Source: Piromyces finnis finn
Lineage: Eukaryota; Fungi; Neocallimastigomycota
Assembly (NCBI GenBank): GCA_002104945.1
Contig: MCFH01000022.1
Location: forward strand, 434,001 to 498,000
Direction of reading: 5' to 3'
Length of the DNA stretch: 64,000 nt
The notes under the pieces were generated by a model. The model searched no databases. It was not told the origin of the DNA and worked only from the letters and a program-made list of their open reading frames with translations. This document shows positions 14,502 through 27,195 of this stretch, one piece after another. How positions within the stretch are numbered: the stretch's first letter is position 1; each line of letters starts with the position of its first letter. Both the position numbers and the translations under genes were made by a program.

Positions 14502-16903
14502 ATGGCAAGTAAAGTTGGAGGAAAGTTTAAGGTAATTTATAAACTAACAATTTTATAATTCAGATAATTAAATAACTAAACTTTATATATATATATCAAT
14601 TTAATATTGTAATAATAATAATATATGTATATATATATATAATTTATTAATTATTAAATCAATAAATTTATTAATGGGTAACAGAAAAGAAAACAAGTGG
14701 ATGATTTATTAAATAATAAAAAAAATATTGAAAAAAAGTACGGTAGTACGAAAACAAATGGTAGTGAAAAGAGTTCTAAAAATAAAAAAAGAAAACTAAG
14801 TAATAGTAGTAATAATAGTAATAACTATACAATATTATATGAAAATGGTAATAGCAATAAAAGAAAAAGAAAAAATAGTAACAATGATGATTTCATACCC
14901 TTAAAAAGCAAAAAACAAAAGGAACCAAAAATAGATTATAGAAAGAAAAAATTACATAAGAAGGCAAGAGAACAAAAAAGAAAAGAAAAAGAACGTCAAA
15001 AAAGAGAAATTTACGAAAATGATTTGTCTAATGATATAGATTTATACGAATTAGACAATGATTTCTTATTGAGAAATGAAAATAACAACAATAAATCCAA
15101 TAAAAGTAAAAAGAATAAGAATAATAATGGTTCAGGACCTTTATGGGCACCATTTAAACGTTATTCAGGAACATTTGAAGAACGTTTACACGAAGAAATA
15201 TTAGATTTTGTAAAATATATTACCCCTAATACATCAGAAATTAATACTAGACTTTATACAATTGATAAATTAAGAGAAAAGCTCCACCATCGTTTTCCAG
15301 ATAGTAAAATTGAATGTTTTGGTAGTTTTTCAACAGGTTTATTTTTGCCAACAAGTGATTTAGATATCGTAGTATACCGTCCTGGTGGAGATAAAAATTC
15401 AGCATCCTATGCTGCTAATCCAACACAAGGAAATCAAAGTAAAAATTTAAATAAAATTGCAAGACATATTCGAAGTAATGGTTTCTTCATTAATAAAGTA
15501 ATTCGTCATTCCAGAATACCCATTATCAAAGCTGAAGTAAGTTGTTGCTGTTGTTGTTTTTTTATGAATACCATCATTAATTATATTTTTTTTAAAAAAA
15601 AAAAAATATAAATATATATATGTATTTCTAAACATATCCTTCTTTATATATAATATCTAAAATAATAATACCTGAAAATGCATAATATTACTACTAAAAT
15701 ATAAAGGACGATTTAACACATTATTCCATTGATATTTCATATAATCAAGAATCCGGCGTACCAGCAATTAAATACATAAAACAAAATATAAAAAAATATC
15801 CAGCATTAAAACCACTAGTATATATATTAAAACATTTCCTTTATATAAATGATATGAATGAAGTATTTACAGGAGGTTTAGGTTCATTTTCAGTTGTATG
15901 CCTAGTACTTTCATTTCTTAAATTCTACACAAAAATATTTTACGAAAAAGAAGAAGGAGATTGTGAACTCCCAGAAAACCTAGGAACTCTTCTTATCAAC
16001 TTTTTATACCTATTTGGTGGTGGTTTTGACTACGAAAATATCGGTATATCCGTTAATGATGGTACATTTTATAAAAAAATGGATAAAGGATTTTATAATT
16101 TCAAGCAACGTTCTTTACTATCATTAGAAGATCCAATTATGCCTGGAAATGATTTAACCAAAGGTTCCCATCGAATTTTAGAAATTTCACGAGCATGGAA
16201 ACATGCCTTAGATCTTCTTCGCAGAGGAGAAGAAAAAGATATTAATAAAATAAAAAAGAATCAACCTTCTCTTTTAGCCAAAATTCTTTATTTTGATAAT
16301 GAAGAAATTAGAAGAAGAAAACAAATTCGTGAATATATCTATCCAAAAGTAATACAAAGAACCGGTAACAAATACAGCACAACACCAGAATCATCTGAAA
16401 ATGAAGAAGAAGATTCTCAAATGGATAATGATGAATTGAATAGTAATGAAAACTCAGCATCATCAAACAACGATTCTCAAGCTTCAATCCATAATTCGAA
16501 AAAACGTAAATTAGATGAACTTGATGATGATGAAAAAGAAGATGAAGAAGAAGAAGAAGAAGATGATGATGATGATGATGATGATGACATATCAGTACCA
16601 TCTGATAAAGATGATGATGAATATATACCAGTTGATTCAGAAGAAGATGATGATGATGATGATGATGCCAATAGTGATGAATTAACAAATCCACCATTAA
16701 ATGATGACGATGAAATATATGAATATGTTAGTGATAATGATGAAGAAAATAGTGATATTAATGATGATGAATATGATGAATATATAACAAAACAAGAAGA
16801 TGATGAGGTAGATGAAGAATTTGATAAAGAACTCTATGATAAATTAGGCGAAACTTTTTTAGATGAAGATAACATTAATATTGATGATATATTATACAAA
16901 TAA
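14502..16903 (+). CDS. TRF4: Non-canonical poly(A) polymerase Trf4/Trf5/PAPD5 (TRAMP complex); three exons, acidic C-terminal tail
   Basis: Nucleotidyltransferase motif FGSFSTGLFLPTSDLDIV, plus RLHEEILDFVKYITP, NEVFTGGLGSFSVV and PAP-associated LSLEDPIMPGNDLTKGS. Exons at about 14502-14531, 14684-15536 and 15707-16903. Confidence 0.92.
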
Positions 16904-18447
16904 AAAAAAGTTTTTTTTTTTTTTAACAAACTACATTGGATTAATACGACAGAAACAACGTAATATTAATTAATATTAACTCTATCCCTTTTTTTTTTTT
17001 TTTTATTTTTTTTTCTTTTTCTAATATCCTTAGTATTTCTATTTTTATTATATATATATATTTTTTATTTTATTAGTATGATAATATTAATAATTATTAT
17101 TAGAAAATTAAATAGAAACATAGTTTCCTCTTTTTCCCACACCCTCCAATATATAATTTAATTTATAAAATTAAAAGATAAAATAGATGTATTATTTAAT
17201 TCATAGAATTATATAGAAAATGGCAGATATTTAAATTAGATTAAAAAAAAAATTGATCTAATATTTACAATAGAAATAAATATAAATATTTTTTTTAATC
17301 ATCAAATAAAATAATTAATAAAACATTCATTAATCATTAAAAAATAATAATAAGGATAAATATCTTTGTAAAATAAAAAAGAATATTAAAAGTTATTATT
17401 ATCCTTTTTTTTTTTCTATTTTTTTAATCAAAAAAGGGTAATAAAGAATAATGGTTAGGACTTTCAATCGATAGAATTTTCTCCATCCATTTTTTATTAA
17501 ATAATTTTTAGATTTTTCTATTTTTCTATTTTATATAAGGATTAAAAGAAATATTTATGTTATTATGACAAAAAAAAAAAGTTATAGAAATAACACTATT
17601 ATAAACACAATTCTATGCAAATTACTTCAATAAAAACAATATGAAAATAATATATTAAAATAATAAAAATTAATTTATTCGAAATATATATATATAAATA
17701 TATAAACATAAACATAAAAATCATTATTAGAATTGGAATGAAATATATAAAATGTAAAAAGTTTGATGATATAATGTTTTTTTTTTTTTTTTATTTATTT
17801 ATTTTTATTTTATTACTACTCTAAAACAACAATGTAATTCATTTTATCTATTTTAAAAATATTAAGAGTCTATTTTACTATTCAATATTACTATCATTGT
17901 ATTATTATACATTATCATTAGTAGAAATACAATAAAAAAAAAAACATTACACCTTTTTGTGATATAGGACAAACAAAAATATTAATAGTTTTTATAAATA
18001 TCTTGTTTTATCATTCTTGTTGAAACAATTATAATAAAAAAAATGATTTAAAGTTTTTTTAAATACTATTTTATTATTGATGGTATTTAAATTATATGTT
18101 TTATATTATATTTGAGCTTATTCAAAATATAATGATAACAATTATTATTTATTTATTTATTTATTTATTAGTGATTCATAGTTTAATTTGTAGTTGAGAA
18201 AATAATTTTTTTTAATATAATTAGTAAGTTTATAGAATACAATGTATATATATTATATTAATATAGATTTCAATATACCAATGGGCAATGGGAATCGTAT
18301 TTACAATAGTATTCAAAAAAAAAAAAAAAAGCATAGTAATATCAAAAATATCTTAATAAAGGAGTTTATTTTGGGATAACCATTAATACTTGCTCTTATT
18401 TTTAAAGAATAAACTTGATGATTATTCTAAAAATGAATTTATATTCT

Positions 18448-19734
18448 CTAATTTTTTGTCATAGCTTTTCTAACATTTTCAATGAATGGGTCTGTTTCAA
18501 CCATACCTGCAAAATAAACATATTTAATACGTTTACAATTGGCTAAGGCTCTTCCCATTATTTCAGCAATTTCATTTTCATCATTCAAGAAGGCACCACA
18601 TCCAATTTTTCCTAGAACTAAAGTATCTGCTTCTGCCATCTCTGCCCCCTTAATCAAATTACTGAATTTTTCATATACCCAATCTACATAATTTAAATGA
18701 GAATCTACAATAACTCTAATTCTGTCTTTTTCGAAATCTAGAAAATTTTTAAATTTCAATTCCTTTTTCAGTTTTTTTTCTTTATATTTATCCTGTAGTA
18801 GTTTTGCCTTTAATATTATAGAAATAGTTTTGACTACACTAAATTCACCTTTTAAGTATTGATTTGCAAATTCTTTGAGTTTATTTACTGGATAAAAAAT
18901 AGTAATTTTCCCTACAGTGCGACTCACTGATTCACTTAATGCTCTTTGCCCTATATTTTTATCTTCATACAAAGTGGAAATGATATTACTAATATTACTA
19001 TATATTAACTCTCCATCCTTTTCCTCGCTATAACCTATCAATGAAGCACCGATTGGATCTTTATTTATACCAGTATTAAAGCTAGGCATTGAAAAAAAAG
19101 CATAAGAAACTTCAACAATTTTGTCCTTTGGTAATTTAACCATACTTTTACAATGACTAACATTATGAGTTATTAATAAATTAGTGAGAATATAACCGTA
19201 AGAGGGGTTTATAAAATTTGGATTTTCATAATCATCTATATTTAGGGAATAACGTTTTTGATTTGCTTTATATATACTATCATTATCATTATTGATCCTT
19301 TTTACGCCAAAATTCTCTCCAAGATAGCCATATATTTCAGGGGCCATAAGTATTGTTTGCTCTTCTTGTGTCCATGCAGGATTACTATTTGTTATGTATA
19401 TGCCACCTACATTTGTTGCATCAGCAAAAATCAAAACCACCACTTTTTTTCCGGTTTGGGCTAGTTTTAGAGCTGCTGGTCCACTATAATCTTCAATTGC
19501 TGTTAATATCGGTAAATATTTTTCTTTTGTAAAAGATTTTTCTTTACTTAAACGACGACAATTAATCAAGCTTATTCTATTAAAGTGAGGATAAAATATT
19601 TTTTGAGATTCTTGATCTGCTGTGAAAGCCGCAAAGGCTCTTGTAGTTGTTCCAGTTTCCGGAAGATTTTTATAAATTGAATCAAAATCAGGTGTTTCTA
19701 TATAAGATTTTTCTATTAAATGTTCAGAATTCAT
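18448..19734 (-). CDS. Intronless microbial-type PARG-like macrodomain protein (DUF2263/TIGR02452-like), 428 aa
   Basis: VLIFADATNVGG-x9-TQEEQ resembles the PARG catalytic GGG-x6-8-QEE loop. LVLGKIGCGAFLND resembles the LVLGAWGCGVF.N motif of DUF2263 proteins. Single uninterrupted ORF. Confidence 0.75.
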   Translation of the reverse strand: MNSEHLIEKSYIETPDFDSIYKNLPETGTTTRAFAAFTADQESQKIFYPHFNRISLINCRRLSKEKSFTKEKYLPILTAIEDYSGPAALKLAQTGKKVVVLIFADATNVGGIYITNSNPAWTQEEQTILMAPEIYGYLGENFGVKRINNDNDSIYKANQKRYSLNIDDYENPNFINPSYGYILTNLLITHNVSHCKSMVKLPKDKIVEVSYAFFSMPSFNTGINKDPIGASLIGYSEEKDGELIYSNISNIISTLYEDKNIGQRALSESVSRTVGKITIFYPVNKLKEFANQYLKGEFSVVKTISIILKAKLLQDKYKEKKLKKELKFKNFLDFEKDRIRVIVDSHLNYVDWVYEKFSNLIKGAEMAEADTLVLGKIGCGAFLNDENEIAEIMGRALANCKRIKYVYFAGMVETDPFIENVRKAMTKN

Positions 19735-21896
19735 TTTAATATTTTTATTTTAATGAATATTGTAAGGGAAGTAGATTAATTAATTTCATTTAGTAATAAT
19801 TTTTTATATCATACAAAATAATAAGTTTTATAATTACAATTTCGACTAATAAAATATTTTAGGCTTTTAAAATGCAATATTATAAAATATTTATTTTTTG
19901 AAATTTATTACTATTAAATTGAAAGAGTATTTTAGAATATGTAAATGCAAAATATATAAAGACTATTAATATTATTTATTTGTAAAGGCAATGGCCTTTA
20001 AAATTTTAAAAAAAAATATTTATTATTTAGTAAAGCATCCATTTTTCATTTATTAAATAAATATTAAAATTTCCGGGTTTTATAAGTTTTATAATGTATT
20101 AAGTTGTAATGTAAATGTAAATAAAATTTATTTTTAATTAAATATCTTTACATTATTATAAAAAGTTTGATCGGTCGGTCAGTTTAGTGTAAAATAGATA
20201 TTAAGTAGAATTTTCAATAAAGAAATGGAAATACTATGAATACACTACTAAACATTTTTTTTCATAATTATTTACAATATATACATTAAATGTTTTTCTT
20301 TTTTTAAAAAAATAAAACTAAGAATTAAATAGATTATTAAAAGTTAAAAAAGTTTTTGAGTCCATATTTGTAAAATTGAATTTTTGAATATCAAAAAAAA
20401 AAAAAAAAAAAAAAAAGATGAAGTATAATATAATTTTGTTTTTTATTTTATAAGAAAAACTTAATTATCAAAGTTTAGTGTTACACTGTTGTTTATATAA
20501 AATTCAATAAAAAGTCATGGTGGTAATAAAAATTTTTATGGTTAGACTTTATAATGCCTCTGCCTGGGAATGAATTTATAGGTGAAAAATACTTAAATGC
20601 TAGTGTCATAATAAATATTGAAAACAAAATATAAAAGTTTAAAAAGTTATTTTTCCATAGAGTAATGATTATATAGTATTCTTTAAGTTTTGATAAATAT
20701 TATAGCTTCCTTATAAAAGTTATTCATTCAAGTTTTTTTTTCATAACTTGATTAAAAACCAACCTTTTCTCTTCATTATTGTGTAACATAAAATGATCAT
20801 TATAATTTTATATTATTCAAAATATATTCATAATATATTTGCAAATATATTGATGAAACAATTTATGTTACAAAATTATTAAATTTTTATTTTTTTTTTT
20901 TAAAAATTAAATCGTTTATTTTGGGTAGGGAAAAGTTTCAAAATAATTTTTAGAGAACACAAGCAATAGAATAATACATTAACAATAAAATAACCAAAAA
21001 ACAAAACATACACAAAAATTTATTTTGTATCATTTATTTATTGTAAAAAAAAAAAGTCTAGAGCTAAAGTCTACAACTTAAAACATACATTGAATATTGA
21101 ACCATTCCAAGTAAAGGAAAGAAATACTAAATGTAATGTATATGTTCAAAGAGTGCGGCGGTAATTTAAAATTTAGTTACAACCAAATTACAATTTTTTG
21201 GTGTAAATTTCATATCATTTAATTTATATTGATATAAATATATATTTTGATATTAAACTATTTTAAAGTATATATAATATAATAAATAATATAACAAATA
21301 TATGTTATTAAGATTACATGATTACATACATTGGTGGTTATCACAACTATTCACAACATTATTGGGTTATTATCTCTTATTTTATATTCAATATACTTTT
21401 AAATTTTATTTATTATAATTTATTAAGCAATTTACTTTTTTTTTTTTTCATTATATCTTTCCATTTAACAAACTAAAACTATACTTAATAAAGTGTAAGC
21501 TTATTATTTAAAATAGAATAATAATGAATAACAAATAAAGTAACTGCATATTCAAATCCTGACATCTTTCCTGTGTTTACTTGCGTACACTGTGGTAATA
21601 AAAATCTAATAATTTTATTAATAAAAAATGGTTTATATTGAATTAAAAAAAGTTTTTTGTTTCAATCATATAATATAGTCACAAGCCACGCCAATGCACT
21701 CTAATATTATATATTAATACTTATTATCATATATATAGTGATATCAAGCCATGATTCATTTTTTCACCATATAAATATTAAATATTCATCATTTTATGAT
21801 ATTTTTAAACCAGAATAAAAAGTATACCATTAAAACTTTTTTATTTTTCTTTGATTCATAAATGTATAAAGCATTATTTAATAATAAAATAATGGA

Positions 21897-22058
<162 letters not shown>

Positions 22059-24739
22059 TTAATAATAGAAAATTGACAATTAAAAACCAATTAAATAATA
22101 AAAAGTTCCCATTATTAAAAAAAAAAGGATTGATAATATTGAGTAAAACTTAATAAATATCTAAAAAAAAAAGAATTTTAAAAAATAGTATAATCAATCA
22201 ATCAATGATAATAAATATAATTTTCTTCTTTTTCTATGTCATTTTACTTTTAATTTATTTTCATATAAAAAAAGGGGGAATTTTTTTAAATAAATCAATG
22301 ACAATTTAATTTTTATTTATCATGGAATTATTATTAATAATAAATAAACTTTAAATATAAATTAAAAAAACGTTTAAACAAAAAATATATATTAAAAATT
22401 CAAACTTTAAAAATTATAAAAATAAACATAAAGTGATTTATATTATTCCAAATCTCCATAGAGATAAACTCTATATTCATTTAATAAAAAAGAGGAAATT
22501 ATAATATATTTTTATTTCATTTTTGTATATCTTTGTATGTATTATATATATTTATTTATTATTTGGATGGGTTGTTATTTAGGTAACGCTAATTTTATTC
22601 TCTTTATTATTATTATTATTGCTATATTAGTACTATTCGTAAAATACATATAATTAATACACTACTCTTCCTATATAATTTTTTTTAGTATATCAAAAAG
22701 ATTAGTACTATTCCTATATAATTTTTCTTTAGTATGTTAAAAGGATAACATCCATTAATAACGAAATCAATAGTTTGCTTTTGATATTGCTTCTTTTTAA
22801 TTTATAATAATTTCTTTATTACTGATCTTAAATTATTTATATTGACAAAAATGGTATTTTCATTTCTATACTTTTATTAAACTATTACACTACATGAATA
22901 TAACAATTTTTATATTTTCATAGCAACTAAATAATAAAAAGCCTTTTACAAAATATATTTTTTTTATAATAACTGCTCTTTATATTTTTTAGTGTTTGAT
23001 TATAGGAAATTAAGCTAAATTTTAAAAAAAATGTTATTTATTTTGTTTGATTAGGAAATTAACTATTAATGAAATCTTCTTATTTTAATATTACACAAAT
23101 ATTAAATTTGTAATCCAAAACAAATAAAATAAATGAATTTAATTAAATATTAACATTTTGTTTTATGAAATAATATTCTAAATGTTAATTAATGTAACCA
23201 ATGATTAAATAATTTATATTTTAATCAAATGAAAAAACTTTATTTATTATTATAATATACTACTTTTATTGTTTTGTGTTACAATATTAAATGAATACTG
23301 ACAAAAAATAGAAATCCAAGCATTTTTCTTTTCAACATAACACAAACTTTAATAGAATCAATTAACATTACCAATATATTATTATATGTTTAATAATATA
23401 AGTAAGTGACTACTTATTACATTTAATTTTTTTGTCTTGTGTTATAAATAATATATCATATTAGAGTATAATATAATTTTAATATATTTCATATATTTAA
23501 TTATTAATTATAGTATTATCATAATATATATTAATAAAATATATTTTTAATAGATATAATTATATCTATTCATATATAAATAATTAACACTTTATATTCC
23601 AGAATTGCAAGACTTTTTGGTATATAAAAGTAAACAAAAATAGTATTTAATATAAAATGTAATAAATTTTATATTAAAATAATATATTTATATTGATATA
23701 AATGTAATATTTAATATATATTATATAATAGTTATTTATAATTATTCTATCAACATTAGATAATATCATAATGTATTATTAAAATAAATACTATTTTTAT
23801 TATTATTACTACCATTATAATCATCATTATTATTTAGTAACATAACAAAAATAAGAATACTAATTATTCTTTTTCATTTTTTATTCTTTTATATTTAATT
23901 CTAGATGCTTATAATTTTATTAATTATAATTTAGTTTTCTTATTTGTCAAACATTTTTAATACAATTTAATATATTAATATATCATAACAATATATTAAT
24001 AAATATATTACCTTAATTAATTTTTTTTGTAATATTGTAAATTTGAATAAAATAAAATAAAAGAATTTTTTCTTTTTTTTTTTTTTTTTTATTTTAAATA
24101 ATAAATATAAGAGGAAAGTTAATAAAAAGATAATCAATTTTAAATTTAAAAACTATTAAAAAAATAGTGTATATTAAAATAGTTTTTTTTTTTTTACTTT
24201 TTTGAAATAAATAACAATACTATTACAAAATATAACTTAAATATAAGTCCAGAATATTATATTTAAGTTATTTACAATATATATTATTCTTTTTTTCCAA
24301 AACAAGAACATTTTTACGATTAAAAAATAAACCAAATTTTATATTATTATTCCGCCTAATTTAATTTAAATAATGTAAATATTAAAATTATTTTATATAT
24401 ATATGATGGATCGAATAAAGTAACCAAAAAAAATTACAGAAAGATAAAAAAATTTTAGAATAATAAAGGATCATTGAAAGAAAAAGAGTAATAATAAATA
24501 AATAAATAAATAAAAAATAAACAATAAACAAATTTTTGTTTTTTTAAAATGTAAAAAAAAATAAGACAACAAATCAAAGTGTTATTAATAGATTATAAAA
24601 GAATTGAAAAAAAAAAAGGAATTACAAATATATGTTTTTCAAAGAATAATAAAAAATGATTAATAAATATAGAGTTGAATGGATAAAAATATTAACATTT
24701 CTATATATAATAATTTTATAATAGAAATAGATACCAAAA

Positions 24740-25979
24740 ATGAATGATATTATGGAAAGAATCGCCTTCACTCGTAAGGAGGTCGAACATTTAAAAGAAA
24801 AAATTAGACAAAAGAAAATTTCTTTATATGATACAACTTGTAAGTAAAGAAAAAATTATTAGTTAATAAGTAAATAAAAATATATATTTTTTTATAATTT
24901 TTAAAAATAAGCATAAATAATATTAAGTACATGAAATTGTTTTTTTGCATAATATAGTGAAAAAAATTGCTAATGAATTAGAACCATTACCACATGTTGA
25001 CATGAAGGTTCGTCGTACCTTAAAGGGTCATTTAGCTAAAATTTATGCAATGCATTGGTCTAGTGATAATCAACACTTAATTAGTGCTTCTCAAGATGGT
25101 AAATTAATTGGTTGGGATACTTACACTACAAACAAAATATATGCCATTCCACTTAGATCATCATGGGTTATGACTTGTGCTTACTCACCTTCAAGAAATT
25201 TAGTTGCTTGTGGTGGTTTAGATAATATTTGTACAATTTATAACTTAAGAACCAAGGATGGTAATATAAAAATTGCCAGAGAACTTTCTAGTCATGTTGG
25301 TTATTTATCATGCTGTAGATTCTTAAATGATAACCAAATTATTACAAGTTCTGGTGATTCTACTTGTATATTATGGGATATCAGTGCTGATGCCAAAATT
25401 CAAGAATTCACTGATCATACTGGTGATGTTATGAGTATATCTTTATCCCCAAATAATAATATATTTGTTAGTGGTGCTTGTGATGCTACTGCTAAAATTT
25501 GGGATATGCGTAGTGGTAAGTGTGTACAAACTTTCACTGGTCATGAATCAGATATTAACTCTGTTGAGTTCTTCCCAAGTGGTGAAGCTATTGGTACTGG
25601 TTCAGATGATACTACTTGCCGTTTATTCGATTTACGTGCCGATAATGAAATGATTCAATATGCTCAAGGAGGAGCTAGTGGTATTACTTCTATTGCCTTC
25701 TCTATCTCAGGGCGTTTATTATTTGCTGGTTATGATGATTGCACTTGTAGTGTCTGGGATACAATGAAGGGCGATCGTATCGGTATATTGAACGGACATG
25801 ATAACCGTGTTAGTTGTTTAGGTGTTTCTGGTGACGGTATGGCTTTATGTACTGGTAGTTGGGATGCCAACTTAAAGGTAATATAAAAATAGTTAAATAG
25901 TGTTAATTTTAAAAATATATCGATGAAATAATTAATTATTAATTTCATTATTTTTAATATATTTTAGATTTGGGTATAA
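24740..25979 (+). CDS. GNB1: Heterotrimeric G-protein beta subunit; three exons
   Basis: Contains [40 protein letters not shown] and [24 protein letters not shown]. Coiled-coil exon 1 [22 protein letters not shown] (24740-24840), exon 2 at 24958-25878, last exon IWV* at 25968-25979. Confidence 0.96.
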
Positions 25980-27195
25980 GCTCAATCAAAGAAAATATCC
26001 ATCTTCCACCAAAAAATTGCTAATCTAAAATTTACAGTTAAAAATATATATAGACAAAAATTATAATTTTTAAAAATTAATTAATATATTAGTATTATTT
26101 AATATTCGCTAGAATAAAACAAAGAAATCAAAATAATTTAATTTCTTCCAATAATTTCAATATATAAATATTAAAAAAAAGAAAAAGAAATTAATATTTT
26201 TCAATATCTACCTTATAAAAAAATATTAAAATAATATATTAAGGAAAAAAAGAATAAATAGCTAAAAATAAGAATGTATTTTATTATTATTAAATATAAA
26301 TTCTATTGAAAGTAAAAAGAATTATATGTTTAGAAAAAATTAAAAAAAAAAAAAGAAAAAAAGAAATTTTTAATAGTAAAAAAAAAAAAATCCAACGCAA
26401 CAATAATTTTAAATAATTATTGCTAGTAATACTAAATTATTAGATTATATATCTTTAGATAAAAATTGTAAATAAAAAAAAAAAAAATTTAAAAAAAAAA
26501 ATTTTTTTTTGGAAGAATTAAAAGAATATTTTATTTATGTATTTTATATATTTTAATCCTATGTAAAAGGATTTATATAAAACTTTTTTTAATATATTAT
26601 TAGTTAGTAAATAATATTTTGTTTATTGCTTTATTACAAATTTTGCAGTAATAAAAAATAGAAATTATATTACTTTTTTTTTTTTTTTAAAACAAAAAGT
26701 AGAAATCCTTAATGGTACTAATTTAATAACCACAAACATAAAATAGAAAAAAACGTATTTTTATTTTTTTATTTTTTATAAAACAAAAAAAATTTATAAA
26801 CTTAATAAAATAATAAAAAAATTTTTAAAAAAAAATAATATTTAAAATTTTATTAATTAAGGATGAATAGTAAATTAATATTTAAACTTTAATTTATTTT
26901 TATTAAAAGTTTTTAATTTATTTTAAAAGATGTTTTTTTATTTTTCTTTAATTTATTATATATATTTTCTTTTCAAAGTAATTATTTTTTTTTTTTTTTT
27001 AAACATATTTTTCAAAATAATAAGCAAGTTAAAAAAAAAAAAACCTATTTCTTTATTAATAAAATTCGAAGAAATATATGTTTAAAAATTAAAGTGTTTA
27101 TAAAAGAAAAAAGGAAAGAATTTTTTTTTTTTTTTTTAATTTTTATATATACATAATAATAATTAAAACCATAGTCAACATAAAGTGTTTAGAAG

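Noticed and set aside
16308-16697. His-rich and Ser-rich minus-strand ORFs
   Set aside because: Antisense readings of the (GAT/GAA)n acidic tail of TRF4.
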